From: a phage
Assembly: GCA_036436775.1 (NCBI GenBank)
Contig: GCA_036436775.1_3676.1
Direction: 5' to 3' (one strand)
DNA: 64,000 nucleotides
Of this stretch, positions 18,030 to 28,223 are shown piece by piece. Numbering within the stretch: the stretch's first letter is position 1; each line of letters begins with the position of its first letter. A program made the position numbers and the translations under genes. The notes beneath the pieces are model-generated. The model searched no databases and was not told where the DNA came from. It saw only the letters and a list, made by a program, of their open reading frames with translations.

Positions 18030-18380
18030 ATGAAAGTAGAAATTACTGGTTTTGATGTTAATGTGGTTCCGGAAGATATTTTAGCTAATCTTCCGGAAGG
18101 TTTTGGTAACGGTGTTGTGGTGGATGCTGTTCCTCCTACCAAAGACATTCTGCTGCAGTACGGTGTAGCAGAGGAAGATGTCGATAAAGTTCTTACAATG
18201 ATGGCAATCGATCGTGTTGTCGTTGTTAAAGGTCTTGATAATTTTGAGAGTGATCCCCTGATTATTCGTGGAGATGACTACCGAATCATTGATAATGAAG
18301 GCCAAGAGTTCTATGAACCTTGTGCAGAAGATATTCTTAACTTATTACTGGAAGCAGGCACCGAAGAGGAGGACGAATAA
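18030..18380 (+). CDS. Small acidic protein
   Basis: 116-aa ORF immediately after upstream stop. Confidence 0.6.
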   Translation: MKVEITGFDVNVVPEDILANLPEGFGNGVVVDAVPPTKDILLQYGVAEEDVDKVLTMMAIDRVVVVKGLDNFESDPLIIRGDDYRIIDNEGQEFYEPCAEDILNLLLEAGTEEEDE

Positions 18381-18709
18381 TGAAGATTGACCAGTTACTG
18401 AAAGCTCGTGCAGAAAAAGCGTACACCATTAAGCTGACCAACCTGGTTCCTACTTGTCATCCGGATGTAGGTTGGCCCGAAGGTCTGGTAGAGGGAACTG
18501 TAACAGCTGCATACCTTCCTAACATCAAGTATCTTATGGAGATCTTAGAGATGGATGAGGAAACTGCAGAACAGTTCCAGTTAGATATGAAACAGAGTGG
18601 GACTTTGGTTATTCACGGGTGGTATAATACTAAAGATGCAGAAGACCCTCTGGTAACTTCTAATCTGGCATATGAAATCTTAGGGCCTTTGAACCTGGAG
18701 GAAGCCTAA
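18380..18709 (+). CDS. Hypothetical protein
   Basis: 109-aa ORF, TAATG overlap. Confidence 0.6.
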   Translation: MKIDQLLKARAEKAYTIKLTNLVPTCHPDVGWPEGLVEGTVTAAYLPNIKYLMEILEMDEETAEQFQLDMKQSGTLVIHGWYNTKDAEDPLVTSNLAYEILGPLNLEEA

Positions 18710-18996
18710 TGAAAGATCTGGTTAAGATTAAGATTAAAGATACCAATGGAGAACTCAGCCATTTTGGAATTAATGATGGTGACGAGCTGATCGCACACCT
18801 GCCTACTAAGGAGGTTGTAAGCAAAGCAGTTGCCGGAGAAGAAGCTGCAATGCAGGCTGCAGGTGTGGATGAAAACTATGTAGCTATGTGCATGTGCCGA
18901 GATCAGGTTGTTCTGTATAAAGCGTATCGACCAAACGGATCCACGGAGTGGCTTGTATTCCGACCCGAAGGATATGAAATCTTAGAGGCACTATGA
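18709..18996 (+). CDS. Hypothetical protein
   Basis: 95-aa ORF, TAATG overlap. Confidence 0.6.
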   Translation: MKDLVKIKIKDTNGELSHFGINDGDELIAHLPTKEVVSKAVAGEEAAMQAAGVDENYVAMCMCRDQVVLYKAYRPNGSTEWLVFRPEGYEILEAL

Positions 18997-19085
18997 TAAA
19001 TCTTGCCAAGGTTGCAACGGCACTGTTAATTATTTGCTGGTCTGTAACCTTAACACTGTGTCTTGTATTTCAGTGAGGTGCTTGT

Positions 19086-19349
19086 ATGAACATCCTGATG
19101 TGGGTTATAGCAGTGGCGTTTGTTGCATGTTTTTGCTGCTGGGTTGCGGTGAGGATTTCTGTAGCTACCCTTCGGAAGTTGGGGTTCTCAGAATGGGATA
19201 TTAATATCCTTTCTTTTCGCAATGAAACAATCTCAGCCGCCCTGCTTTGTAAGAAATTCAAGTGGGAACCTTGTGAGGTCATGAGCTATCTAAGAACAGG
19301 TGATATCCCTGAAAGATTTAAAAAAGTTCTTGACGGCAAGGATAAATGA
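19086..19349 (+). CDS. Membrane-anchored hypothetical protein
   Basis: 87-aa ORF with N-terminal TM (MNILMWVIAVAFVACF...); GAGGTG RBS. Confidence 0.55.
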   Translation: MNILMWVIAVAFVACFCCWVAVRISVATLRKLGFSEWDINILSFRNETISAALLCKKFKWEPCEVMSYLRTGDIPERFKKVLDGKDK

Positions 19350-19504
19350 CAGTATAGTGACTAACAAGAGGTGAGGAGTGACTGATTTTACTGAAGCTTT
19401 AATGATGGCCTTGTCTGTTTTAGCGCTATCGGTGTGTTTTGGGGCGTTATTCACATCTCTGGTTAAAGTTTTACATACAGTATTAATACCCAAGGGGCGC
19501 AGTA

Positions 19505-19756
19505 ATGACGAAGATTGACTTGAATGCTGGCGATCATGTTGTTGTCAAATGCATTGGAGATTATCTTGGATTCACAATCGGCAATACTTACGAGGCGGTA
19601 GTGGCGAAGGTTTATCATGATAAAGTCCTCAGTCTTGTATTTGACTGCGATGATGATGGGGATGACCGATACGTCTGTGAGGTGCTGGCACGAGACGATA
19701 GTGAAGACCAGAAATTTCTGGTTATTGAACTGAACGGTATTTTTGTAGAACGTTAA
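19505..19756 (+). CDS. Hypothetical protein
   Basis: 83-aa ORF. Confidence 0.55.
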   Translation: MTKIDLNAGDHVVVKCIGDYLGFTIGNTYEAVVAKVYHDKVLSLVFDCDDDGDDRYVCEVLARDDSEDQKFLVIELNGIFVER

Positions 19757-19783
19757 TTTAAAACAACTAAGGAGACTCTTACT

Positions 19784-20089
19784 ATGGCTAAATCTAAAGT
19801 TGAACTGTTTACCTCTCTTCCTTCTGACACTGCAGAGCGTGATCGCCTTCGCAAAACAATCGAAGAACTGGTGGAACTCCAACTCCAGATTAAAGATCTG
19901 AAAGATGCCATTAAGGATATCATTCTCGTTGAGAAGCAGGATCATCTGTATTCTCCTAAATTCATCAAATCTCTGGTGGCTACCGAGTTCGATATTCGCT
20001 ATGAGGCTGAAAAACGTCGAGCTAAAATCGAAGAAGAGGTTGAGCACATGTCTGAGGCAGACATTCTGTTCAAACGCTCTGCAGAATAA
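19784..20089 (+). CDS. Hypothetical protein (coiled-coil-like)
   Basis: 101-aa ORF with AAGGAGA RBS. Confidence 0.6.
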   Translation: MAKSKVELFTSLPSDTAERDRLRKTIEELVELQLQIKDLKDAIKDIILVEKQDHLYSPKFIKSLVATEFDIRYEAEKRRAKIEEEVEHMSEADILFKRSAE

Positions 20090-20095
20090 TGACAA

Positions 20096-20119
20096 AGAGG
20101 GGCTTGGGCCCCTCTTTTT
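20096..20119 (+). terminator. Rho-independent terminator
   Basis: GAGGGGC-TTGG-GCCCCTC hairpin followed by TTTTT. Confidence 0.7.
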
Positions 20120-20142
20120 ACTATCTATGAAGGAGATTTGAG

Positions 20143-20475
20143 ATGGGTATGCCGATCACTGTAAAAGAATTGAATGAACGTGATGCAGGTGGTCTATGGC
20201 CTGCACGAAAAATCCGCTGCATCCGTATGAAAGAGAACCTTGAGCATCTTGAGCAACAGAAACGGATTGAGGTTGGTGATATTTTCGAAGTATTTTATTC
20301 TGATCGCCGTAACTGGGAAACCATTCAACCTTCCGGTTTTGTTCTTGCTAAGCTTGACACTGGAGAAGTGATTATCCCAGGGTTGGATATTATCTTCGAA
20401 ATTATCCAGGAGTGGGATCCGGACAAGATTAGATACGAAGAGTTATTCGGTGAAGGTATTATCAAACCTGTGTGA
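20143..20475 (+). CDS. Hypothetical protein
   Basis: 110-aa ORF with GAAGGAG RBS. Confidence 0.6.
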   Translation: MGMPITVKELNERDAGGLWPARKIRCIRMKENLEHLEQQKRIEVGDIFEVFYSDRRNWETIQPSGFVLAKLDTGEVIIPGLDIIFEIIQEWDPDKIRYEELFGEGIIKPV

Positions 20476-20483
20476 GGTGGATT

Positions 20484-20783
20484 ATGTCTACAAAGGCGGC
20501 TAAATACTCCTACATGCCATCAACCTCTGCAGAAACAAACTTCAGTTTCGATGTGTTTCCACTGTTTGAGGTGGTTCTGGCATACCCAACAATACTATCT
20601 ACTCCCGAATCACTTGTGCCTGTTAAGTTGCAGAACGCTATGCATTCTATGCACTACAACAATAAATGTAGGCACAGATGGTGTCAGGACGAGGAAAAAG
20701 ATCTGGATAGTTTGAGAGATTTTGACAATCACCTTTTGACACCTTTCCGCTACTCCAACCTTGATAAGCCCTCATGGGTATAG
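20484..20783 (+). CDS. Hypothetical protein
   Basis: ORF; ATG 20484 with GAGGTGG RBS. Confidence 0.5.
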   Translation: MSTKAAKYSYMPSTSAETNFSFDVFPLFEVVLAYPTILSTPESLVPVKLQNAMHSMHYNNKCRHRWCQDEEKDLDSLRDFDNHLLTPFRYSNLDKPSWV

Positions 20784-20807
20784 CAAAATATCAAATTTAA
20801 GACACCT

Positions 20808-20838
20808 AGGACGCTCTGTGGCGTCCTTTTCTTTATTT
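20808..20838 (+). terminator. Rho-independent terminator
   Basis: AGGACGC-TCTGTG-GCGTCCT hairpin followed by TTTTCTTTATTT. Confidence 0.7.
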
Positions 20839-20996
20839 AGTGCACGATTGCATACCTTGGACAGATAATCTCATTACAGAGCGTTTAAGAGCTTCCTACA
20901 AACAACTCCATATTTCGAGCGTAGCGAGAACGCACGCCCGTTTTGACCCAAATCACCATACGCTCGGATTTTAACCAAACCCTCGCGGCGTTTCTG

Positions 20997-21025
20997 TTGA
21001 CACATTACCGCTCCAGTGATAGTAT
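20997..21025 (+). promoter_or_regulatory. Sigma70-like promoter TTGACA-N17-TAGTAT
   Basis: Hexamers read directly. Confidence 0.5.
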
Positions 21026-21477
21026 CCACACATAGTCTGAAGAATATGGAGTGCACAATGAGAACATTGTCAGAGGTTTTTGTGGTGATCCTGATGATCA
21101 TTACGTCCATAGCGGCTGTTGCAGGAATACTCACGGGTGGAACATGATAAACACACATGCATCTGAAGAGACATCCAAAGGAGTGACTATATGTCCCTTG
21201 ACTGAGCCAGTGAAAGAGGAAAACTTCGATTCTGAAGACTCTCCATCTTCGCTCCAGGTAGATCCTGAGGCTGATGACCTGACGTGGGAGGACATTGTAG
21301 ATATCTGGTTCTCTATTATGCCTGAGCACGAAGAGTTCAGGGGTGGTAGACTATGAAGCACCGAGCCCACACAGGTTCCTCATGCTAAAGCATGGCCTGA
21401 AGAGGCAAACGTGCATAATTCCTGTGCATTGGGACATATAAAACCCTGTTCACACTCTCATTTACAGAGGAGATTTC

Positions 21478-21693
21478 ATGAAGATAGAAATATTTGGTGG
21501 AGCTGACAACACTCGTGGCCTGATTTACCTTGAATTCGATGAATCATACCTGCCAGAGGTGTTAAATATGGACTCTGTTGCTGATGCTTTGGGAGTAAGT
21601 CCTAAAGATCTCTACTCTGGTGCCGAGATTGATGGTTGGGAGGAGACCATGAACATTGATTTCAATGAAGTAGAGGATGAACCGCTGGACTGA
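21478..21693 (+). CDS. Small acidic protein
   Basis: 71-aa ORF with AGAGGAG RBS. Confidence 0.6.
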   Translation: MKIEIFGGADNTRGLIYLEFDESYLPEVLNMDSVADALGVSPKDLYSGAEIDGWEETMNIDFNEVEDEPLD

Positions 21694-21869
21694 CACACAA
21701 TTAGCTGCCCGGCTAAAGTGCTGGAAGCACCTATAACACATCTTTCAACTAAATTTCCCACCACCACAATCACTTACCTCCCACACATGACTGTTTGCTT
21801 GTTTAGTGAGCAGTCATGCCTTGACATTCTTGCCTATCCTGATAAAATTAAGTTCTTCTCTTTTCTTTT

Positions 21870-21895
21870 ACCGAGTAATTCGGGTTTTCTGTTCT
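21870..21895 (+). terminator. Candidate terminator ending the + strand block
   Basis: CCGAG-TAA-TTCGG hairpin followed by GTTTTCTGTTCTCTT. Confidence 0.4.
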
Positions 21896-23189
21896 CTTCG
21901 GTTTGAAGGGGTATGGAGATACACCTGAGTGAACAGGGTGAACAACCGAACCATTGGCTATGGCATTAGCATGGCGAAGCGGACGGGTGACGAAAGAGGG
22001 GCCGGAGGACACCAGTCACTGCCATATGATATATGGGTGATAACCTGAAGAGTCTGAATAAGTGTTTAAGTACCAGTCAGAGGAAAAGGTGAATGGTAGC
22101 CGAAGGGGGAGGGGGGGTTACCTGCTTCTGTAAACATGCATCTGAAATACTACTTTAGATAACCTGAACCTGCCTTTCTGACAAATATTCCCTATTAAAC
22201 TTGAATTATTTATAGAAAATACCACAACACCACTTAAGTCTTTGATTTTACACACAAATCCTACAGATATTCACCTTCCATATTTAACATACTTGTAACA
22301 TATCTATACCTAACCTGTCCGATCAACTCCCCCACCCACATCCTCCATATTTTCCCTGTCTGTACCACCCCTGCCCCGCCGGGAGTCCCGTCATATCTGG
22401 CTTTCCAGCAAATATCACACCCACAAATATCATTGCCTGAAGAGGGTTTCATCCCATAATACATGCCTTACCTGAAGAGCGCTTCATATACCCAGTAAAT
22501 TTTTTAATTGACCCCCCTCCCAGCCGCCGGAGGGGTTGGCTTTTCCCACACAGACCTGAAGAGTCAGCCAGAAATATCTGAAGAGGTCCAGTTATGCCAC
22601 GATTTTGTGCTTGTCCTACAGGAGTGCTTCCCTGTCAGGAGCCGGTAGCGACTGGAGTGCTGCCAGGCGGACGAAATGGGAATCATTCTCATTCTTATAA
22701 CAATTCTCAAATATCGAGGCAGTGAGGCAAATTAATAGGTGAGGCCGTTCACACAGTGGCACAACATTTGCAACCTATCTTTTATGGGTGAATGAGAATA
22801 CCTATCATTGTGAGAATAGTTATCATTACGGGCAATTTAACATAATACCCATTATGCGCACCACTGGCGATACATACAGGGATTGATAACATGAGTTACT
22901 GTTTACACACATAACAATTATATTTCTTACTATTTGTGTGGGATATAGTTAGCAGCCGATAGATTAGATATTGACCTGCAGGCTTCCAACCGTCCAGACG
23001 TCTAAACGCCCACACAACAAGGATTATACATACAACACTGAATGTAAACAGGGCCGCAAAAATGCTACCATACAAGCTTGTAAATTTTTCATGCAGCACT
23101 TGACAAAGAGGAGAAAAACTTGTCTGACACAATATGACTTAATTGCCACAACATGACACTTTTGCACACCTGATTGTTTGCATGTCTAA

Positions 23190-23554
23190 TAGTTTACATA
23201 GATAACTGTTCACATACTTATCATTTACATGATTGACTGTTTACACAAAGATGATAAGCCATGCCATTCGTTTGCATGACAATAATTAACTGGTTTGCAA
23301 TTAACAAGTTAATAATCTTTCACTGGCTATGCCAGGTGACCTTTGGTCACACCTTCGGGTGTTTCTATGACATAATATAAAAGCAGGGCAACTATTAGCA
23401 GATATATAGTTGCCTTGCTTGTTATGTCATGATTAACTAAATACAAGGCAACTATGATCTGGTTAATAGTTTGCAGACAAACTATCACGGGGGTGATGGT
23501 TACTGCTTTTATATTATGTCGCGACTCCGTCGCGCCATGCCATTCGTTTGCATA
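23190..23554. repeat. Iteron/palindrome cluster (candidate origin or regulatory region)
   Basis: TGTTTACA-type iterons 23193-23250; 20-bp direct repeat GCCATGCCATTCGTTTGCAT at 23258 and 23535; 18-bp perfect inverted repeat at 23369-23386 / 23504-23521; GGCAACTAT palindromes between. Confidence 0.6.
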
Positions 23555-24172
23555 GTTGCCTTATTGTTACATATAAAATAATTGTATTGTTAATTATTTC
23601 TTATCTTTCTCTTAGTCATCTAATGATTCCAGTCAGTATAGTAATGTACAGTAAACATTAGACGACTAAAGATTTATATGCTTATAATAACTTACAGTGA
23701 CAATTTCGGACTGTTTACGAAAAATGTTGACACCTGAGCTGATTTATGTTATGCAGTTTACACGAATAATTATTTTATGCAGGTATTGACTATTCCGTTA
23801 TTCTATGGTCGGAATAAATACTTAGCAGACTATAGAATGGTGACGCTACGTGAATTCTGGAATTTAGTGGCTATAGTTATACCCGATTTTTCACGTAGAA
23901 CACGCTTTTGTGGTTATGTAAGTGTATGACTTATAAAGATTTTTAGTTGTTGACAAGACACTGAAGATATGCATCAGGTTAAATTTTGTGCAATAGCGGC
24001 ATTACGTGCAATTTTGGAAGGAAAAACGTGTAAAAATGGCCCTGCTACCACACAATGAAAGATTATGCAATAGCTATTTTACATGTATATTTGTACAGTG
24101 TGTGGGATTGATGGCTAGTCAATTATTCCACTTGCAGGCTGGGCCGTTTGTGGTAGGAGAAATACAGACAAA

Positions 24173-24207
24173 AAGAAAGGGGCCTTTTAAAGCCCCTGAT
24201 AGTTTAG
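24173..24207 (-). terminator. Rho-independent terminator ending the - strand small-gene island
   Basis: On - strand AGGGGC-TTTAAAA-GGCCCCT followed by TTCTTTTTGTCTG. Confidence 0.65.
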
Positions 24208-24215
24208 TTAAGAAA

Positions 24216-24635
24216 TTATAATGATTCGTATATTTGATAGATTCGATTTGCCAGGTCATTACGATAGCGGAATTTTTCATCACGCTTGATCATCAGATCT
24301 TTGAAGCCATATTCTTTAAGCACTTCATTAACTTTATAGCGGCATACCTTCATATTATCTTGCGCGTCACCGATAAATTTGTTGCTATGATGCATGGCTT
24401 TGATCTCTTCCTCCAGAGCCAGGGCAACTACGCGGACCGGATCAAGCTGATATGCGGTAACATCAATGCGGCATTGTAAACGGCTTTTAACGTCTGCCAC
24501 CGGATATACTGCAACCTCTTCCCCGTCAACATTCACAATAACCAGTTTACCATCAATTTCAAAACCTTTTGCGGCTGGGCCGTGACAAAAAGCGTTATCA
24601 AAGCTGTATGCGGGATTGTTAGATTTAATATTCAT
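24216..24635 (-). CDS. Hypothetical protein
   Basis: 139-aa ORF; upstream promoter and AGAGG RBS. Confidence 0.65.
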   Translation of the reverse strand: MNIKSNNPAYSFDNAFCHGPAAKGFEIDGKLVIVNVDGEEVAVYPVADVKSRLQCRIDVTAYQLDPVRVVALALEEEIKAMHHSNKFIGDAQDNMKVCRYKVNEVLKEYGFKDLMIKRDEKFRYRNDLANRIYQIYESL

Positions 24636-24682
24636 GGTGTTTACCTCTTAGATAATTTTCTTACAACTTCCTTCTGAAAAAG

Positions 24683-24711
24683 AATATAGCAAAACTGCCG
24701 ATCCTTGTCAA
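24683..24711 (-). promoter_or_regulatory. Sigma70-like promoter TTGACA-N17-TATATT (- strand)
   Basis: Hexamers read on reverse complement. Confidence 0.55.
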
Positions 24712-24773
24712 TAAGGATAGCATTATTTTTCAGAATCAAGGGGCTTTCGCCCCTGGTTGTATGGCTTGCTGTA

Positions 24774-25037
24774 TTACTTGTTATTCATCCAGTATTCCCA
24801 ACTTGCCTGATATTCTGCTTCATCACGGCGGATCTCTTCTTGCTCGGCAAGGCGGATCTCTTCTTCCAGGTATCCCAAGATATCGCCCTTTTTAGTCTGG
24901 CGTAACATCCAGTCGTCCTTTTTGCGGGTGAAAATTTTGTAAGCTTTTTCACAAACTTCTTTTTTGCTGCCTTTTTGAACTTCAAGGATACGGTAAGCCA
25001 TATGTTGAACTACTTTAAGCTGATCGATGCGTTTCAT
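24774..25037 (-). CDS. Hypothetical protein
   Basis: 87-aa ORF; RBS AGAGAGGAAAACATT. Confidence 0.6.
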   Translation of the reverse strand: MKRIDQLKVVQHMAYRILEVQKGSKKEVCEKAYKIFTRKKDDWMLRQTKKGDILGYLEEEIRLAEQEEIRRDEAEYQASWEYWMNNK

Positions 25038-25097
25038 AATGTTTTCCTCTCTATGTGGTCTTGATTAGTGGGCCTTTCGGCCCGTGTCATTATCTTA

Positions 25098-25370
25098 TTA
25101 CTTACGGCGGCAGAATTCAAGCGTTTTTAATTGATAATCTTCTTCGGCCTGGAGAACAACCGCCTCGATCATTTGGTTGGCGTTATCGAATCCGTATCCT
25201 CTGGCGAACTCATCAGCACCGCCTTTATGGTTGTATTCTGCGTTCATCGCTTCCACAAAATGGAATTCAAGATTATTGAGGTAAGGGCTTGATGTTCCGT
25301 CCTCTTTTTCGATGAGATCCCAAATAGCATTAAAACGTGATTCGACTTCTTGATTAATCCAGCTTGACAT
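25098..25370 (-). CDS. Hypothetical acidic protein
   Basis: 90-aa ORF; RBS AGAGAGGAAAACATC. Confidence 0.6.
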   Translation of the reverse strand: MSSWINQEVESRFNAIWDLIEKEDGTSSPYLNNLEFHFVEAMNAEYNHKGGADEFARGYGFDNANQMIEAVVLQAEEDYQLKTLEFCRRK

Positions 25371-25589
25371 GATGTTTTCCTCTCTTCTGGTTGTTGTGTT
25401 GGCACTTTTGCCCCTTCAAGATAATGTTACCCCACCCCCCTGGCAGATGTCAACGGTTTTTATAGTTCCTATATGACAGGCAGGTCCGGTGGTTGTCTCC
25501 CCCTGTTCCCAAGTGCCGCCCGTTTAATAAGAATAGCAAAAGGGGCCGAACAAGTCAACCCCCAAAATAAGTACCAAAACACTTTTTAT

Positions 25590-25901
25590 TTATACGGTCC
25601 GATCATTGGCCTTTGTCCAGGACCTGGCGATCCGTTTCCCGGTCACCTGGAACGGAGACTGCATTGTGTGTAAGGAGTCCAGCGTAAGGGAGGACCGTTT
25701 ACGGCGTATCTTCAGGATCGCTAACGTATTGTCCATCTCACGGCCAGGCCCTAGGCGGTATGGTGTGCCTCCAGCGTTAAGGTTGATGATCTCATGTATT
25801 GAGATCCGGCGTTGTTTTGCTTCCGCATCTTTGAAGATAGCCAGCGGGGGAGCTATGCGTTGCCGATACCAATCTAAAACGGTTGGCGTAATAGCGATCA
25901 T
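25590..25901 (-). CDS. Hypothetical protein
   Basis: 103-aa ORF with AGGGGG RBS; C-terminal extent uncertain. Confidence 0.4.
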   Translation of the reverse strand: MIAITPTVLDWYRQRIAPPLAIFKDAEAKQRRISIHEIINLNAGGTPYRLGPGREMDNTLAILKIRRKRSSLTLDSLHTMQSPFQVTGKRIARSWTKANDRTV

Positions 25902-26089
25902 ATTTTACCCCCTATGTAGTCAGGTCGGTTTTTCTCTGTCATGCGCTTAAGCAATTCTTGCATATGGCTGATAGCTTGTAGCGTGTCTTCTTCCAGGCTT
26001 GAATCTACATAATCAGGATCGTCTATGACCTTTCTATGATTATGATAACGCAGTACCGCCAATACCTTTCTAACTTGTTCAGTATTCAT
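25898..26089 (-). CDS. Hypothetical protein
   Basis: 63-aa ORF with AAGGGAGATG RBS. Confidence 0.55.
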   Translation of the reverse strand: MNTEQVRKVLAVLRYHNHRKVIDDPDYVDSSLEEDTLQAISHMQELLKRMTEKNRPDYIGGKI

Positions 26090-26105
26090 TTTACATCTCC
26101 CTTAC

Positions 26106-26396
26106 TTATTGTTGGCGGTTTACGTAAGCTTTACCGTTTACCGTCATCGGCAAATCTTCCAGGTCTGGATCTTCCTTAAGGTCGCGAGCAAGTTCACCGC
26201 ACCGGATACCCTCGAATCCGTAGTACTCTGTTGTGCCGTCCTTAAAAGTTTTAGCGGCAAGGCATAAGCGATAAGTAACCCCGATTCGATTGACGGCATG
26301 AATATCCGTTAGATTAACCTCTTTTGCCAGCTCTTTAGCCATTACAGGCGCATTAAGTCCAACAACCAGGGCAACTACTGCGATCATCTTTTTCAT
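26106..26396 (-). CDS. Secreted/periplasmic small protein (signal peptide)
   Basis: 96-aa ORF; N-terminus MKKMIAVVALVVGLNAPVMA resembles a Sec signal peptide. Confidence 0.6.
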   Translation of the reverse strand: MKKMIAVVALVVGLNAPVMAKELAKEVNLTDIHAVNRIGVTYRLCLAAKTFKDGTTEYYGFEGIRCGELARDLKEDPDLEDLPMTVNGKAYVNRQQ

Positions 26397-26487
26397 TGTG
26401 TCTAGCCTCTTTCTGCTACGTTTAAGGCGGCGGTAACCGCCTGTTTATGCTTTGTTGGTTAATTTTCGGGTATCGGTATAAATTAAA

Positions 26488-26703
26488 CTATGCTGTACGC
26501 TCAACTATAACAACGGTTTGAGGAATCTCACCTTCCACCACTAGCAAGGCCTTTTTCTGCGTGATGGATATCTTTACCCGTTGTAGCGTGGCGGTGAAGT
26601 CTTTCATTTCGTCACGTGGTGTTTTAGTGCAATGCCAGATCTCAGGCTTACCTATTTGCAAGCCGCGTAAAAATTCTGTTTTCCCTGTTTTGTTAGTGAT
26701 CAT
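26488..26703 (-). CDS. Hypothetical protein
   Basis: ORF; start moved to ATG with AAGGTGGAG RBS. Confidence 0.5.
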   Translation of the reverse strand: MITNKTGKTEFLRGLQIGKPEIWHCTKTPRDEMKDFTATLQRVKISITQKKALLVVEGEIPQTVVIVERTA

Positions 26704-26713
26704 TTGCTCCACC

Positions 26714-26818
26714 TTAACCGATACCGTTGGAAGATAGGATCATGTTAGCCAGAGTCGCAACCACTCCAACCGATAACACCAGGCCCACTATTACAACCGT
26801 GAAAATTTTCTCTAACAT
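26714..26818 (-). CDS. Small hydrophobic peptide (34 aa)
   Basis: ATG with GAGGGT RBS; single TM helix; not in ORF track. Confidence 0.4.
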   Translation of the reverse strand: MLEKIFTVVIVGLVLSVGVVATLANMILSSNGIG

Positions 26819-26860
26819 GATTCTACCCTCATTGATGGGCGTTACTGCCCCGCTTATGGT

Positions 26861-27097
26861 TTATTGATTGATGTTATAATGAAAGTTATTTTCTTCAGTA
26901 GCTTTTAAAATAAAAGCCGTGATCGCTTTCGTGTCTACTTGTTCGAACGTATCAGAATAGCACCAATAATAATCATCCCCTACTTTCGGCGGGTAAACCT
27001 GGACAAGGAGATCGCCACTTGGTTGATCTATAATCTCAACATGCAAGCCGGATGATTCAGCGGTTTTAACGGCGGTTAATACTGTTGCAATACTCAT
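26861..27097 (-). CDS. Hypothetical protein
   Basis: 78-aa ORF with AAAGGAAAAG RBS. Confidence 0.55.
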   Translation of the reverse strand: MSIATVLTAVKTAESSGLHVEIIDQPSGDLLVQVYPPKVGDDYYWCYSDTFEQVDTKAITAFILKATEENNFHYNINQ

Positions 27098-27177
27098 AAT
27101 CTTTTCCTTTCCGATGTGGGGGCGTTGCCTTATTGCCCCGCCCTACGAAATACATTCTATCAGATAACAAATTATCG

Positions 27178-27324
27178 TTAAGATTTATTTTTTACTTCCC
27201 AAACGGAAAATTCACTACCTATCGGGAGCATTCTTTTAATCTTGTTTGCTGCCGCTACCAGATCCACGGCTTGCACTGTAATAATATAGCCAATTGTCGA
27301 GGCTGTTGCGTTGAAAGTTTTCAT
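27178..27324 (-). CDS. Hypothetical small protein (48 aa)
   Basis: Start moved to ATG with AGAGGATAAT RBS; promoter TTGACA-N17-TAAGAT at 27362-27390. Confidence 0.5.
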   Translation of the reverse strand: MKTFNATASTIGYIITVQAVDLVAAANKIKRMLPIGSEFSVWEVKNKS

Positions 27325-27396
27325 TATATTATCCTCTAATCTAGGCCGCCCTACGTGATACATCTTACACTATTTGAAAATGTTGTCAAACTATTT

Positions 27397-27576
27397 TAAC
27401 GATAATCATCATATGCTTTATTTACCTGGCGAATATAACATTCAAAAGCCAGATCAATAGATTCATATTCACGGATATATTCACCATAGGAAACCACGTA
27501 CATCTTTATAGCTTCCTCATATGCTAGGAGAATAGAATCTAACCCTACGATCTCAGTCTTTGCAATAATAGCCATG
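27397..27576 (-). CDS. Hypothetical small protein (59 aa)
   Basis: ATG with AAGAGGATAAAAATC RBS; not in ORF track. Confidence 0.5.
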
Positions 27577-27650
27577 ATTTTTATCCTCTTTGTGGTTGGT
27601 GGGGCTTGTTGCCCCCTTTGATTTATATATTACAGTCTTATATGGTCATG

Positions 27651-27884
27651 TCAACTATTTTCAAAAAATTTTTCTGCTGTGATATTCTTCCCGGTGGGGT
27701 TAGCTACTTTTAAAATTTTATCATGCACTGGACGCCCAAAAGAATAAGATCCGTATGCAGTAAACCAATAATCGCCGTCAGGTTGTACTATTACCGCCGC
27801 ATATGGTACGCCTTTTTCGTTTTTGCTGACAAAATAGATCACATTGCCATTAATAGCCTCAGCGCGTTTAATTTGTTCCATCAT
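27651..27884 (-). CDS. Hypothetical protein
   Basis: 77-aa ORF with AGAGAGG RBS; GC hairpin in 5'UTR. Confidence 0.6.
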   Translation of the reverse strand: MMEQIKRAEAINGNVIYFVSKNEKGVPYAAVIVQPDGDYWFTAYGSYSFGRPVHDKILKVANPTGKNITAEKFFENS

Positions 27885-27938
27885 GATGATTTACCTCTCT
27901 TTATTTTCATAATTGGGGCCTTTTCGGCCCCGCCAGGT

Positions 27939-28223
27939 TTATTTATTGATAGCGTGCAGCGGGAAAGGTACGCCAGGTTGATAAATAACTTTTACAACCT
28001 CATCCGGGCAAAAGTAGTTGCAGAATTCACCCTGGTAGGCTTCTTCTTCTTTCAATTCGTCATCAACATACTCAAAAAAGTAGTCAACACTTGGATAATC
28101 TTGACCGGAGTTATAATCAACCATAGTGAGGACCAGTTCAAGATCATTGCGGATGATATGCATACCAGCTTTTAAATACTTCGCTTCCATTTTTACTACA
28201 TCGCCAGCGGTAACAATAGCCAT
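27939..28223 (-). CDS. Hypothetical acidic protein
   Basis: 94-aa ORF with TAGGAG RBS. Confidence 0.6.
   Translation of the reverse strand: MAIVTAGDVVKMEAKYLKAGMHIIRNDLELVLTMVDYNSGQDYPSVDYFFEYVDDELKEEEAYQGEFCNYFCPDEVVKVIYQPGVPFPLHAINK

Larger units (their letters stand above)
21396..22585. repeat. Six dispersed copies of (C)CTGAAGAG in non-coding DNA
   Basis: Copies at 21396, 22043, 22436, 22471, 22555, 22578, read directly. Confidence 0.6.

Noticed and set aside
19463-20095. 210-aa ORF on the - strand
   Set aside because: Entirely antisense to two well-supported + strand genes (19505-19756, 19784-20089) with good RBSs; low-complexity product and no RBS of its own
20874-21329. 151-aa - strand ORF and overlapping 101-aa + strand ORF (21051-21356)
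   Set aside because: Arg/Cys-rich low-complexity product and no RBS for the - ORF; the + ORF has only a GTG start and a weak RBS. Region sits at the edge of the non-coding repeat area, so neither is called
21700-24200. tRNA genes or a CRISPR array in the large non-coding region
   Set aside because: No T-arm-like GGTTCGAnTCC motifs or cloverleaf-sized candidates seen; repeats are irregular in spacing and length, unlike CRISPR repeat-spacer periodicity
24006-24221. 71-aa + strand ORF
   Set aside because: No RBS, low-complexity sequence, overlaps the - strand terminator hairpin
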